A stretch of 51,197 bases of DNA, from NCBI GenBank assembly GCA_050249355.1, contig JBFWQQ010000003.1, positions 1-51,197 on the forward strand. The letters are read 5' to 3'. Positions 1-11,751 of this stretch are shown here, one piece after another. The translations under genes were made by a program, and so were the position numbers. Origin of the DNA: Alphaproteobacteria bacterium. GTDB lineage: Bacteria; Pseudomonadota; Alphaproteobacteria; Rickettsiales; SXRF01. Numbering within the stretch: position 1 is the first letter of the stretch; each line of letters begins with the position of its first letter. The notes beneath the pieces were generated by a model. It saw nothing but the letters and a program-made list of their open reading frames with translations, searched no databases and had not been told where the DNA came from.

Positions 1-1169
1 TCACCCAGACTACCGCTCGGGGTGGATGCCGCCACAAAAGCCACAAACACCCCTACCACTAGCGTGTTGATGTAGGGGGTTTTGAATTTGGGATGCACCT
101 TGTGGAAGGCAGGCGGCAGCAGGCCGTCGCGCGACATGGTGAAGAAAATGCGGGTCTGGCCGTACAGCAACACCATCATCACCGAAGACAGACCGGCAAT
201 CGCGCCGACCTTCACAAGGAATGCCAACCAGTCGAGGCCAATAGCATCCACGGCTACCGCCATCGGATCCGGCACGTCGAGAATGGTGTACGGCACGATA
301 CCGGTGAGCACCGCCGACACCATCATATACAGGATGGTGCAAACGATCAGCGACCCGATGATACCGATCGGCATATCGCGCTGCGGATTTTTCGCTTCCT
401 GCGCTGCGGTGGACACCGCTTCAAAACCCACGTACGCGAAGAATACCACACCGGCAGCACGGGCAATGCCGTTCCAACCGTAACGGTCGCCATCCGGCTC
501 AGGAATGAACGGATGCCAGTTGTCCGGATTCACATAGAACGCACCGGCAGCAATGAACAGAAGGATCACCGCCACTTTAATGGCAACGATGACATTGTTC
601 ACGGTCGCCGATTCTTTCACACCTTTTACCAGCAGCAGCGTAACGATCAGGATACCCAGAAATGCTGGCAGGTTGAAACTGTTGTTGAAAACCAGTTCGT
701 GGTTCTCGGTCATGCTGATAGTCGCAGTTCTCAGATGCTCAGGAATCACGATCCCCATCGTGCCCTCCAGAAAGCTCGCCACATAGCCCGACCAGCCGAC
801 GGCCACGGTGGATGAGGCCACGCCATACTCCAGCAAGAGCAGCGCCCCCATGATCCATGCGACCACTTCACCCAGCGAGGCATAGGCATACGAATAGGCG
901 CTGCCGGATACCGGCAGCATTGACGCCAGCTCGGCATAACACAGGCCCGCAAAGGCACAGCACAGACCAGCAATGACGAAGGATATCATGATGGCGGGCC
1001 CGGCATATTGCGCCGCCGCCTGACCGGTCATTACGAAAATACCGGCCCCGATAATACAGCCGATACCCAAGCTAACCAGGTTAGCTGCCGAGAGTGAACG
1101 TTGCAGTTCGCTTCTCTCTGTTTCTGCCTGAATTAGCTTTACAGGCTTCCTGATAAAGAAATGCTTCAT
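1..1169 (-). CDS. APC-family amino acid permease (3' end outside the window)
   Basis: Manual translation from ATG at 1169 gives MKHFFIRKPVKLIQAETERSELQRSLSAANLVSLGIGCIIGAGIFVMTGQAAAQYAGPAIMISF, with the cationic amino acid/APC signature GIGxIIGAGIF. It is absent from the ORF track because it runs off the window edge. Confidence 0.93.
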   Translation of the reverse strand, partial: MKHFFIRKPVKLIQAETERSELQRSLSAANLVSLGIGCIIGAGIFVMTGQAAAQYAGPAIMISFVIAGLCCAFAGLCYAELASMLPVSGSAYSYAYASLGEVVAWIMGALLLLEYGVASSTVAVGWSGYVASFLEGTMGIVIPEHLRTATISMTENHELVFNNSFNLPAFLGILIVTLLLVKGVKESATVNNVIVAIKVAVILLFIAAGAFYVNPDNWHPFIPEPDGDRYGWNGIARAAGVVFFAYVGFEAVSTAAQEAKNPQRDMPIGIIGSLIVCTILYMMVSAVLTGIVPYTILDVPDPMAVAVDAIGLDWLAFLVKVGAIAGLSSVMMVLLYGQTRIFFTMSRDGLLPPAFHKVHPKFKTPYINTLVVGVFVAFVAASTPSGSLG

Positions 1170-1277
1170 TGAATCTAATCCCTTTATTATTATTGACCCA
1201 TTATTATTTTGACCAGCTACTATTAAACCGTTATGCAGTTTTTGCAATTCAAATATGGTTAATTAACATAGGGATAT

Positions 1278-2090
1278 ATGAAAAAATCGTTCTTTGCCGC
1301 ACTCATACTGGTTTTGGCAAGCCTTCCCGCGCATGCCAATACCGAGCGTAAACGCAATGCCGAAAAGCCCGATTATGATACGGCTGCCCGCGCACTGGCG
1401 TTCGAGATGGCGCTTATCCCTGAGAGTGGCGTGGAAATCGGTCAGCCGGTGAATGTAATGCTCAAAATGGTCGACACCAAAAGTGGGCTGGCGGTGCCGG
1501 CTTCATTCCTGCGTGAAACGGGTGACCATATCATGCACCTGACCCTGACAGACGGCACCCTCACCGATGTGCAGCACCTCCATCCCTCGCCCACCGAAAC
1601 CGATGGCATCTACCGTTTCAGCTTCACCCCCCGTATGCCGGGTGGCTACCGTGGCTGGGCGCATGTGGTGTCGGTGGAAGGCAAGCAGCAGTTCGTGATG
1701 GGCGACATCGGCACCGTGCGCGGCGGTGGCCTAACCAAAGAAGTTATCCTGCAAACACAGGCCGGCGGCTATGATTTCAAACTGGAATTTGATGACACCC
1801 CAAAACTGAACAACAGCCGTGATGCAAAACTCGTAATCGCCAGAAACGGTGCGGCTGTAGTGCCGGAACAGATTTATATCATCGGCATCCATGAAGACCT
1901 GCGCACGATACTGAAAACCAAGTTCGAAGAAGGTTCCAAACTGGATTTTGAAATTAAGCCGGAAGAACCAGGTTTTGTGAAGCTGTTCATCTATGCCACC
2001 ATTGGCAACCAACCGCCTGTTGAAGTATCGCTGGGTTTCCACGTTACCGGCAAGAAAGAATCAGACTTCAAGTTCAAGAGTATTTTCTAA
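1278..2090 (+). CDS. Secreted hypothetical protein with His motif, possibly metal-binding
   Basis: Sec signal MKKSFFAALILVLASLPAHA; motif HIMHLTLTDGTLTDVQHLHP; 270-aa ORF; AGGGA upstream. Confidence 0.75.
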   Translation: MKKSFFAALILVLASLPAHANTERKRNAEKPDYDTAARALAFEMALIPESGVEIGQPVNVMLKMVDTKSGLAVPASFLRETGDHIMHLTLTDGTLTDVQHLHPSPTETDGIYRFSFTPRMPGGYRGWAHVVSVEGKQQFVMGDIGTVRGGGLTKEVILQTQAGGYDFKLEFDDTPKLNNSRDAKLVIARNGAAVVPEQIYIIGIHEDLRTILKTKFEEGSKLDFEIKPEEPGFVKLFIYATIGNQPPVEVSLGFHVTGKKESDFKFKSIF

Positions 2091-2154
2091 TTGCCGCCGC
2101 GAAAGCCTACTGACATCGGTTGAGGCGTGCAGATGGCTGACCCGGTTCGCCCAG
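2091..2154 (-). repeat. Degenerate copy of the double-hairpin AGNA repeat family
   Basis: GAAAGCCTACTGAC is shared exactly with 46728-46741, and GGCTGAC follows downstream as in that copy; it fills the gap between convergent genes. Confidence 0.65.
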
Positions 2155-3918
2155 CTAGAGGGCGGCGCAGCGCCCTGCCAGCCATGCACGCTGGGCTTCG
2201 TTCAGATGTTCGGCCAGCGCATCTTCCACCCACGCATGGTAGCTGTTCAGCCAGTTCTTCTCGTCGACTGTGAGCATAGTGGCATCCACCAGCCGCGTGT
2301 CGATCGGCGCGCAGGTCACCGTGTCGAAGCCATAGAAGGGTTTGCCACCCGCGCCATCGCCCGATTCCACCACCACCACCAGATTCTCGATGCGTATGCC
2401 ATAGGCCCCGGTCTTGTAATAGCCCGGCTCGTTGGAAATTATCATGCCCGGCTCCAGCGCCACATCACCACCGCGTTTGCTGATACGCTGGGGCCCTTCA
2501 TGCACACTTAAAAAACAGCCTACACCGTGGCCGGTGCCGTGATCGTAGTCCACTCCCGCCTGCCACAGATACTGGCGTGCCAGCGTGTCCAGTTGGCTGC
2601 CGCTGGTGCCCTTGGGAAAGCGCGCAGTCGCCAGCGCAATATGGCCCTTGAGCACACGGGTAAACCGGTCGCACATCTCGCCGGTTGGCTTTCCGATGGG
2701 AATGGTGCGCGTAATATCGGTCGTACCGTCCGGATATTGCGCGCCGGAATCGAGCAGGAACAATTCCCCTTCGCCCAGCACGCGGTTGGAGTTCTCATCG
2801 GCGCGGTAATGCACGATCGCGCCATGCGGCCCGCTGCCGGAAATAGTGGGAAAACTCAGGTCATGGAAATGCGGGCTTTCGGCGCGGAAACTGCGCAGCC
2901 TGTCGCACACGTTCAATTCGGTGATAGCACGGGTAGCAACTTCACTGTCCAGCCAGTGCAACAGCTTCACAATCGCCACCCCGTCGCGGATATGGGCCGT
3001 GCGTATACCCGCCAGCTCCACCATATTCTTCACTGCCTTCCATTTCTGGCAGGGATCGGGGCAATCGATAAACTGCGCACCTTGCATCGCCTGTGCGAAC
3101 CACAGCGTCACCTGTGCAGGGTCCGCCAGTACGGTCGGCTTGCCCTTGGCAAATGCTGCCAGCGTGCGCTCCATGTCGTCCGGGTGTGCCAACGTTAGCG
3201 AATCGCCCAAATGCTGGCGCACTGCCGCATCGCAACGCGCCGGATCGACGAACAAGGTCGCCGGGCCATCGCGCTCCACCAGCAGACTGGCCAACAGCAG
3301 CGGCGAATGTTCCACATCGGACGCGCGGATATTCAGCAGCCAGCAGATGCTGTCGGGCGCGCTGAGCAGCATGGCATCGCCCTGCTTTCTGGCGATGAAC
3401 TCGCATAGCTGTGCGCGTTTTTCCTTAGCGCTCTGGCCAGCATAGGCCATATCGTGCACGAACAGCGGCGTAGCGGGCTGCGCGGGCCGGTCGTTCCACA
3501 CTGCATCAATGGGGTTGGCGATGGGCATAAATTGCACTTTACCCTCGCTGGCCTTTTCGTAATGTTTCAGCATGGCAGGGGTGAATAACCGCGCGTCGTA
3601 ACCGATCATTGCCGGCGCCTGTTGCGCGGTCCATGCGGCCGATGTCAGGTCGGCACTGTTGTAGCTCTCGAACAGCGCGCCATCCACTTCATTGGCAGCC
3701 TGCAGCGTATAGCGGCCATCGGTGAACAGCGCCGCTTTATCGCGCAGCACTACCAGCGACCCGGCTGAGCCGGAAAACCCGCACAGCCACTGCAAACGGC
3801 GCGCGCAGGCGGGCGGATATTCGCTTATGAACTCATCATGCAGCGGCTGGATAAAGCCCTGCACCCCGGCAAGCTGCATCGCTTCGCGCACCATTTTTAG
3901 TTTATCATCAGCATTCAT
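2155..3918 (-). CDS. Xaa-Pro aminopeptidase (aminopeptidase P, M24B)
   Basis: Motifs DSGAQYPDGTTDITRT, HGTGHGVG, HEGP, SNEPGYY and GIRIEN. Confidence 0.95.
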   Translation of the reverse strand: MNADDKLKMVREAMQLAGVQGFIQPLHDEFISEYPPACARRLQWLCGFSGSAGSLVVLRDKAALFTDGRYTLQAANEVDGALFESYNSADLTSAAWTAQQAPAMIGYDARLFTPAMLKHYEKASEGKVQFMPIANPIDAVWNDRPAQPATPLFVHDMAYAGQSAKEKRAQLCEFIARKQGDAMLLSAPDSICWLLNIRASDVEHSPLLLASLLVERDGPATLFVDPARCDAAVRQHLGDSLTLAHPDDMERTLAAFAKGKPTVLADPAQVTLWFAQAMQGAQFIDCPDPCQKWKAVKNMVELAGIRTAHIRDGVAIVKLLHWLDSEVATRAITELNVCDRLRSFRAESPHFHDLSFPTISGSGPHGAIVHYRADENSNRVLGEGELFLLDSGAQYPDGTTDITRTIPIGKPTGEMCDRFTRVLKGHIALATARFPKGTSGSQLDTLARQYLWQAGVDYDHGTGHGVGCFLSVHEGPQRISKRGGDVALEPGMIISNEPGYYKTGAYGIRIENLVVVVESGDGAGGKPFYGFDTVTCAPIDTRLVDATMLTVDEKNWLNSYHAWVEDALAEHLNEAQRAWLAGRCAAL

Positions 3919-3929
3919 TTTCTCTCTCC

Positions 3930-3996
3930 GTCATTCCAGAAAAATCCGCCGGGATTTTATCTGGAATCTCGAGATTCCTGCTTTCGCAGGAATGAC
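3930..3996. repeat. GTCATTCC...GGAATGAC palindromic intergenic element (REP/RPE-like)
   Basis: Terminal inverted repeat GTCATTCC/GGAATGAC, two internal hairpins and a central perfect palindrome GGAATCTCGAGATTCC containing two GANTC sites. Confidence 0.8.
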
Positions 3997-4002
3997 TATT
4001 AA

Positions 4003-7007
<3,005 letters not shown>

Positions 7008-7024
7008 CTATGCAGGAACAAAAA

Positions 7025-7100
7025 GGGTGGCCAGTAGGCCGACCCAGCCCTGAGCCAGCTTCATGTGATTTGCAGGAGCAAATCACGGAAGCAATCAAAA
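7025..7100 (+). repeat. Double-hairpin AGNA repeat
   Basis: GGCC-AGTA-GGCC...CAGCCCTGAG...CAT-GTGATTTGC-AGGA-GCAAATCAC; closely similar to 46800-46874 and to the reverse complement of 30686-30758. Confidence 0.9.
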
Positions 7101-7103
7101 CAC

Positions 7104-8783
7104 TCACGCCGCGTCCTCCAGAAGCTTGGCCGCCGCCTTGCGCGCTTCTGCCGTGATGGTGCTGCCCGCCAGCATGCGTGCCAACTCTTCGGCCCGCTGC
7201 GCATTATCCAGCTCGGTGACCTGTGTAGTGATCTTACTTTTTCCGCTCTTTTCCACCAGCAGGTGCTGGCTGCCTTGCGCGGCCACCTGCGGCAGGTGCG
7301 TCACCACCAATACCTGCGCCCCTTCACCCAATTTACGCAAGCGCTCGCCAATGGCAGCGGCCACTGCGCCACCAGTGCCAGTGTCGATCTCATCGAATAT
7401 CAGTGTGCCCGATTGCCGTCCTTTGGACAGCGACACCTTCAGCGCCAGCATGAAACGTGACAATTCGCCACCGGATGCGATCTTGCTCAGCGGCGAGAAC
7501 GCCGTGGGGGTTTCGCCCTTGCCGATGTTGGTGGCGCATACGAATGCCACCGCATCCATGCCGTGGGCAGCCCAGTGTTCATCGCCCTGCGGCTCAATGC
7601 GGATATGAAAATGCGTGCCCGCCATTTTCAGTGGCTGCAATTCCTTCATCACCGCTTTTTCCAATTTCACTGCCGCTTGCTTACGCGCGTTTGACAGCAC
7701 CTGCCCCTCATTAGCGAATGCTTCTTTTGCGACTTTGACTTCCTTCTCCAGCGCGTCACGCCGCGTGTCCTGTGCATCGGTGAGCGCCAGTTTTTCTTCC
7801 ACTTCGGCGAGCAGGCCCGGCAAATCATCCACCGATACATGATATTTACGTGCCGCCGCCTTCAGCGCGAACAGGCGCTCTTCCATCTGCTCCAGCTTTC
7901 CGGCATCATACTGCGAGCTATCGGCCAGCTGTTCCAGCGTTGCCATCGCCTCATCGGCCTCGATGGCGGCTTTTTCCAGCCCATCGATGATCTCGGAAAA
8001 TTTTCCGCCGCTGGTGAGCGGGCTGCGCGACAGCAGGCGCTGCGCCGAGCGTAAGGATTGCACCGCACCCTTCTCTCCTTGCAGCTCGTTCATCACCTCG
8101 CCCAGCACCTCGAACAGCTTTTCGCTCTGCATCATGGTGGTGCGCGCGTCGGTAAGTTCTTCCTCCTCGCCCTTTTGCGGCGCCAGTTTCTTCAGTTCGT
8201 GCCGCATATGCGACAAATAGTCCTGCTCGCGCAGCGCAGCAGCCAGCTTCTCATTCAACGTATTCAGTTCGGTGCGCTTAGACTGCCATACGCCATAGGC
8301 TGCAGCCACTTTCTTCAGCGCCGGTTGCAGCCCGGCATAGTCGTCCAGCATCAGGCGGTGCAACGCAGCGTCCATCAGCGTGCGCTGGTCATGCTGGCCA
8401 TGTATTTCCACCAGCACCTCGCCCAGTTGCCGGAGTGCCGCCACCGTAACCGGCTGGTCGTTGATGAAGGCGCGGGTTTTTCCATCGGCAGTCAACATGC
8501 GGCGGATAATTACATCGCCGGAGGTTTCCAACCCCAACTCATCTAAAATGGCGCGAGCCTGCAGGTTATTTTCCAAATCAAAACTGGCAGTAACACTACC
8601 CTGCTCTTCACCTTTGCGCAGCAGGGTGGAATCGGCGCGCGCGCCCAGAACCAGCCCCAGCGCATCGAGCAGGATGGATTTGCCCGCACCGGTTTCGCCC
8701 GATAACACACACAGGCCCGGCGCAAGCGACAATTCACAGCGCTCGATAAGCACGATGTTGCGTATGGAAAGCTGGCTAAGCAT
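7104..8783 (-). CDS. recN: DNA repair protein RecN
   Basis: Walker A SGETGAGKS, EIHGQHD, ASGGELSRFMLALK, FDEIDTG, VTHLPQVAA. Confidence 0.98.
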   Translation of the reverse strand: MLSQLSIRNIVLIERCELSLAPGLCVLSGETGAGKSILLDALGLVLGARADSTLLRKGEEQGSVTASFDLENNLQARAILDELGLETSGDVIIRRMLTADGKTRAFINDQPVTVAALRQLGEVLVEIHGQHDQRTLMDAALHRLMLDDYAGLQPALKKVAAAYGVWQSKRTELNTLNEKLAAALREQDYLSHMRHELKKLAPQKGEEEELTDARTTMMQSEKLFEVLGEVMNELQGEKGAVQSLRSAQRLLSRSPLTSGGKFSEIIDGLEKAAIEADEAMATLEQLADSSQYDAGKLEQMEERLFALKAAARKYHVSVDDLPGLLAEVEEKLALTDAQDTRRDALEKEVKVAKEAFANEGQVLSNARKQAAVKLEKAVMKELQPLKMAGTHFHIRIEPQGDEHWAAHGMDAVAFVCATNIGKGETPTAFSPLSKIASGGELSRFMLALKVSLSKGRQSGTLIFDEIDTGTGGAVAAAIGERLRKLGEGAQVLVVTHLPQVAAQGSQHLLVEKSGKSKITTQVTELDNAQRAEELARMLAGSTITAEARKAAAKLLEDAA

Positions 8784-8787
8784 GGCT

Positions 8788-9600
8788 TTACCAAGGGGTT
8801 ACATTATCCCACCACGAATCTTCTTCTTGAGAACCCGTAGCTGTTTTCACGTCCTCGCCGGTAAGCAGGCGGTAGCTGTCGCGGTACCAGATGCTGCGCG
8901 GGTAATTATGACCGAGCACCGAAGCATAGCGGCGGGCCTCGTCGATCACGCCAAGCCTGAGGTATATCTCCACCAGCCGGTGCAGGGCCTCTTCTGCGTG
9001 CGTGGTGGTTTCGTAGGTTTCCACCACGTAGCGGAAACGGTTGGCCGCCGCCACATAATCATCACGCACGAGATAATAGCGGCCGATCTCCATTTCCTTG
9101 CCGGCCAGATGGTCGATTGTCAGGTCAAGCTTGATCTTGGCATCGCGCGCATATTCGCTGTTCGGGAAGCGGCGGATGACATCGCGCAGCGCCTGCATGG
9201 CCAGCTGGGTCATTTTCTGATCACGGCCCACGTCGGATATCTGCTCGTAGTAGCTGAGCGCGATCAGGTAATAGGCATAGGGCGCCGATTCCTCGCCGGG
9301 ATACAGGCGCACATAACGTTCCAGTATGTCGATCGCCTCGTCGTATTTGCGTACCTGATAGTAGGAGAATGCCGCCATCACCTGCGAATGCGGGGCCAGC
9401 TCGGAATACGGGTGCTGGCGCTCCACCTCTTCGAACGCAGTAACTGCCTCGGTGTATTCCTGTTCATCCACCAGATCGCGTGCTTTATTATAGAGCTCTT
9501 CGGCGCTGGCAGGCGGCAGGGTCTTTTCTTCCTCGGCGCTGTCGCCACAGGCGGTGAGCAGCAGGGAAGACAGCACAAGGACGGATAGGGGTTTTTTCAT
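8788..9600 (-). CDS. bamD: Outer membrane protein assembly factor BamD (lipoprotein)
   Basis: Lipobox LTAC, TPR-like helices, HLAGKEMEIGRYY; lpxC-bamD-recN-ligA synteny. Confidence 0.95.
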   Translation of the reverse strand: MKKPLSVLVLSSLLLTACGDSAEEEKTLPPASAEELYNKARDLVDEQEYTEAVTAFEEVERQHPYSELAPHSQVMAAFSYYQVRKYDEAIDILERYVRLYPGEESAPYAYYLIALSYYEQISDVGRDQKMTQLAMQALRDVIRRFPNSEYARDAKIKLDLTIDHLAGKEMEIGRYYLVRDDYVAAANRFRYVVETYETTTHAEEALHRLVEIYLRLGVIDEARRYASVLGHNYPRSIWYRDSYRLLTGEDVKTATGSQEEDSWWDNVTPW

Positions 9601-9665
9601 TGCATACCTGATTGTTACCTGCATGTTATATCAGGCAAAATCACGGCGTCCAACTAAGAAATGAA

Positions 9666-10589
9666 TCAGGCGTAGGCGGCGGTTTCGCTGCTGGCGGCGA
9701 TCACTGCGTCCGGCAATGCATCCGGATCGGTAACCGTGTAAGCCGTGCTGTCAGCCAGCAGGGCACGCAGCAGCAGATTGTTGATGCCATGGCCGGGGCG
9801 GTTGAAGGTAAAGCTGCCATCGATACGCAGGCCGGCAAGGAACAGGTCACCCAGACAGTCGAGCGCTTTGTGGCGCACAAACTCATCGTCGTAGCGCAGG
9901 CCACCTTCATTCAACACACCGTCTTTGCTGACAACGATGGCATTATCCAGCGAGCCACCCAGGGCCAGCCCCTGTTTCTGCAGCGCCTCCACCTCGTGGT
10001 CAAAACCAAAGGTACGGGCACGCGACAATGCCTGCTTGAAGGTAGTATCACGGAAGTCGTAGCGGGCGCGCTGGTGGCGGATCACCGCATTGTCGAAATC
10101 GATAGCGATCGACAGCACGCACCCCTCTTCGCCTTCCACATTCGGTTCGATACGGGCAGTGCTTTTGCCCTCGGTCACTTCGACAGGTTTCAGTATTTTT
10201 ATCATGCGGCGCGGGCGGGCCTGCTGCACCACACCGGCACATTCGATGAGAAATACGAACGGCTCGGAGCTGCCATCCATGATGGGAACTTCCGGCCCGT
10301 CGAGCTCGATGAGCGCGTTGTCGATACCGGCGCCCCAAAGGGCAGCCATGATATGCTCGATGGTGGAAACCGAAACGCCAAAGCTATTGCGGATGGTGGT
10401 TCCCAGACGGGTATCCACCACCAGGTCATAGCGGGCGGGCACGATACTGTGTGCCGCTTCCACATCAAGGCGTTTGAATATGATACCGGAATCCGTCACC
10501 GCCGGGCGCAGGGTAAGCTGCACCTGTTTGCCCGAATGCAGCCCGATGCCGGTGCAGGATACGCGATTTGCCAGGGTCGTTTGTTTCAT
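9666..10589 (-). CDS. lpxC: UDP-3-O-acyl-GlcNAc deacetylase
   Basis: GIGLHSG, STIEH, EVPIMDGS, ARTFGF and HKALD motifs. Confidence 0.98.
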   Translation of the reverse strand: MKQTTLANRVSCTGIGLHSGKQVQLTLRPAVTDSGIIFKRLDVEAAHSIVPARYDLVVDTRLGTTIRNSFGVSVSTIEHIMAALWGAGIDNALIELDGPEVPIMDGSSEPFVFLIECAGVVQQARPRRMIKILKPVEVTEGKSTARIEPNVEGEEGCVLSIAIDFDNAVIRHQRARYDFRDTTFKQALSRARTFGFDHEVEALQKQGLALGGSLDNAIVVSKDGVLNEGGLRYDDEFVRHKALDCLGDLFLAGLRIDGSFTFNRPGHGINNLLLRALLADSTAYTVTDPDALPDAVIAASSETAAYA

Positions 10590-10666
10590 TGGAGTAACAT
10601 GCTAGGGTTTTATTGTTTTTACCCCCCGACCGTACCCTAAACCGCACGCGGCTTTCAAACAGGTAA

Positions 10667-10684
10667 TTGTTACAGTTTGTTACA
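10667..10684 (-). promoter_or_regulatory. Direct repeat TTGTTACA-N2-TTGTTACA upstream of lpxC (candidate response-regulator site)
   Basis: Exact 8-nt repeat with 10-bp period; reads GTAAC-N5-GTAAC on the lpxC strand. Confidence 0.4.
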
Positions 10685-10747
10685 AAACAACCATATGGAT
10701 TAATTGTAGAAATTTGAAATTCTGGGGTTAATAGTTTTTAATCGCCA

Positions 10748-11623
10748 TCAAGGCAGGATAGTTTTTACCCGCTCCTGCGGGCAGGCAATTACATCCTGTA
10801 TCTTGGGGGTCAGGTGGTAATCGTAAGGCGCTAGCCGGTACGAGCCGCTGTTGTTGCTGCCTGTGACAAAATAGCAGAACACATAATTTTCCGGGAACAT
10901 GGCCATAAAGTCCTGCTCGCCACCCAGTGTTTCGCGTGTTTTGGGCGAGAGTTCTATCACCATCAGCGGACGGTGCATGGTGATGGTTGCATTCAGCCCT
11001 TCAAGCACGAATTTCTCGAAGCCTTCAACATCTGCTTTCAATATATCTACCCGTCCCAACCCCAGATCATCGCCACGCTTAAGCTGCATATCGCCGAGAT
11101 AGTAATTGTCCTCTTTATGGTCGGCAAAGAAGGATGCCGCGCCCAGGTTGGCCTCCGGGGCCGCATAGAATGGTAAGGTGGCTTCCTCATTGCTGAGACC
11201 GAACGGATGCACGGTGATGTTGGATATGCCATTGAGCGCGATGTTGGCCTTCAACTGCTTCCGTACCCGCTCGAACGGCTCAAACGCATGCACAGCATCC
11301 ACCAGCGTGGAAAGATACAGGCTGTGATTACCGGCATTTGCACCGACATCGAAGAATACCAGATCGTGCTCGCCGGATACTCGCAGCTTACGAACATAAT
11401 CGCGCAGCATGAACAGCATGTATTTTTCATGCGCGCCGCAGAAATACACCAGCCGGTCGATGTAGTTGACGATATTACCACGGAATCTCAGCCCCAGCAG
11501 ATCGGCCTCGAACGGATAGTCCTGCAGCATGGCGGGATGCAGTTTTTTGATAACGGAACGGCGTGTTTTGTATGGCAGCCAACGCTGGCGGGATAATGCA
11601 ACGGCAAGTGATTTAGTCGTCAT
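10748..11623 (-). CDS. FkbM-family SAM-dependent methyltransferase
   Basis: FFDVGANAG, VHAFEP and LKADVEGFE motifs. Confidence 0.9.
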   Translation of the reverse strand: MTTKSLAVALSRQRWLPYKTRRSVIKKLHPAMLQDYPFEADLLGLRFRGNIVNYIDRLVYFCGAHEKYMLFMLRDYVRKLRVSGEHDLVFFDVGANAGNHSLYLSTLVDAVHAFEPFERVRKQLKANIALNGISNITVHPFGLSNEEATLPFYAAPEANLGAASFFADHKEDNYYLGDMQLKRGDDLGLGRVDILKADVEGFEKFVLEGLNATITMHRPLMVIELSPKTRETLGGEQDFMAMFPENYVFCYFVTGSNNSGSYRLAPYDYHLTPKIQDVIACPQERVKTILP

Positions 11624-11751
11624 GCTATGTATATAAATAATTCGCTGCGCTGGAGCAAATGCGATGATGTTTGATAACCGCAGCGCAGAGTACACCTAGT
11701 ACGTGAGCAGCGGAAGCGCAAAATATCAAGCAATTTGGCCGGCGCGGTGGA

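Noticed and set aside
82-815. Plus-strand ORFs of 133 and 240 aa at the window start
   Set aside because: The real gene is the minus-strand APC permease, truncated by the window edge
8380-10640. Long plus-strand ORFs (402 aa, 342 aa) opposite recN/bamD/lpxC
   Set aside because: Antisense frames typical of GC-rich codon bias; no motifs
10728-10741. Possible CtrA box TTAA...TTAA
   Set aside because: The spacer is 6 nt rather than 7, in an AT-rich region
11700-11750. Possible additional repeat copy downstream of ftsZ
   Set aside because: Only short, ambiguous similarity (GAGCAGC, GGAAGC); the family's paired stems cannot be formed
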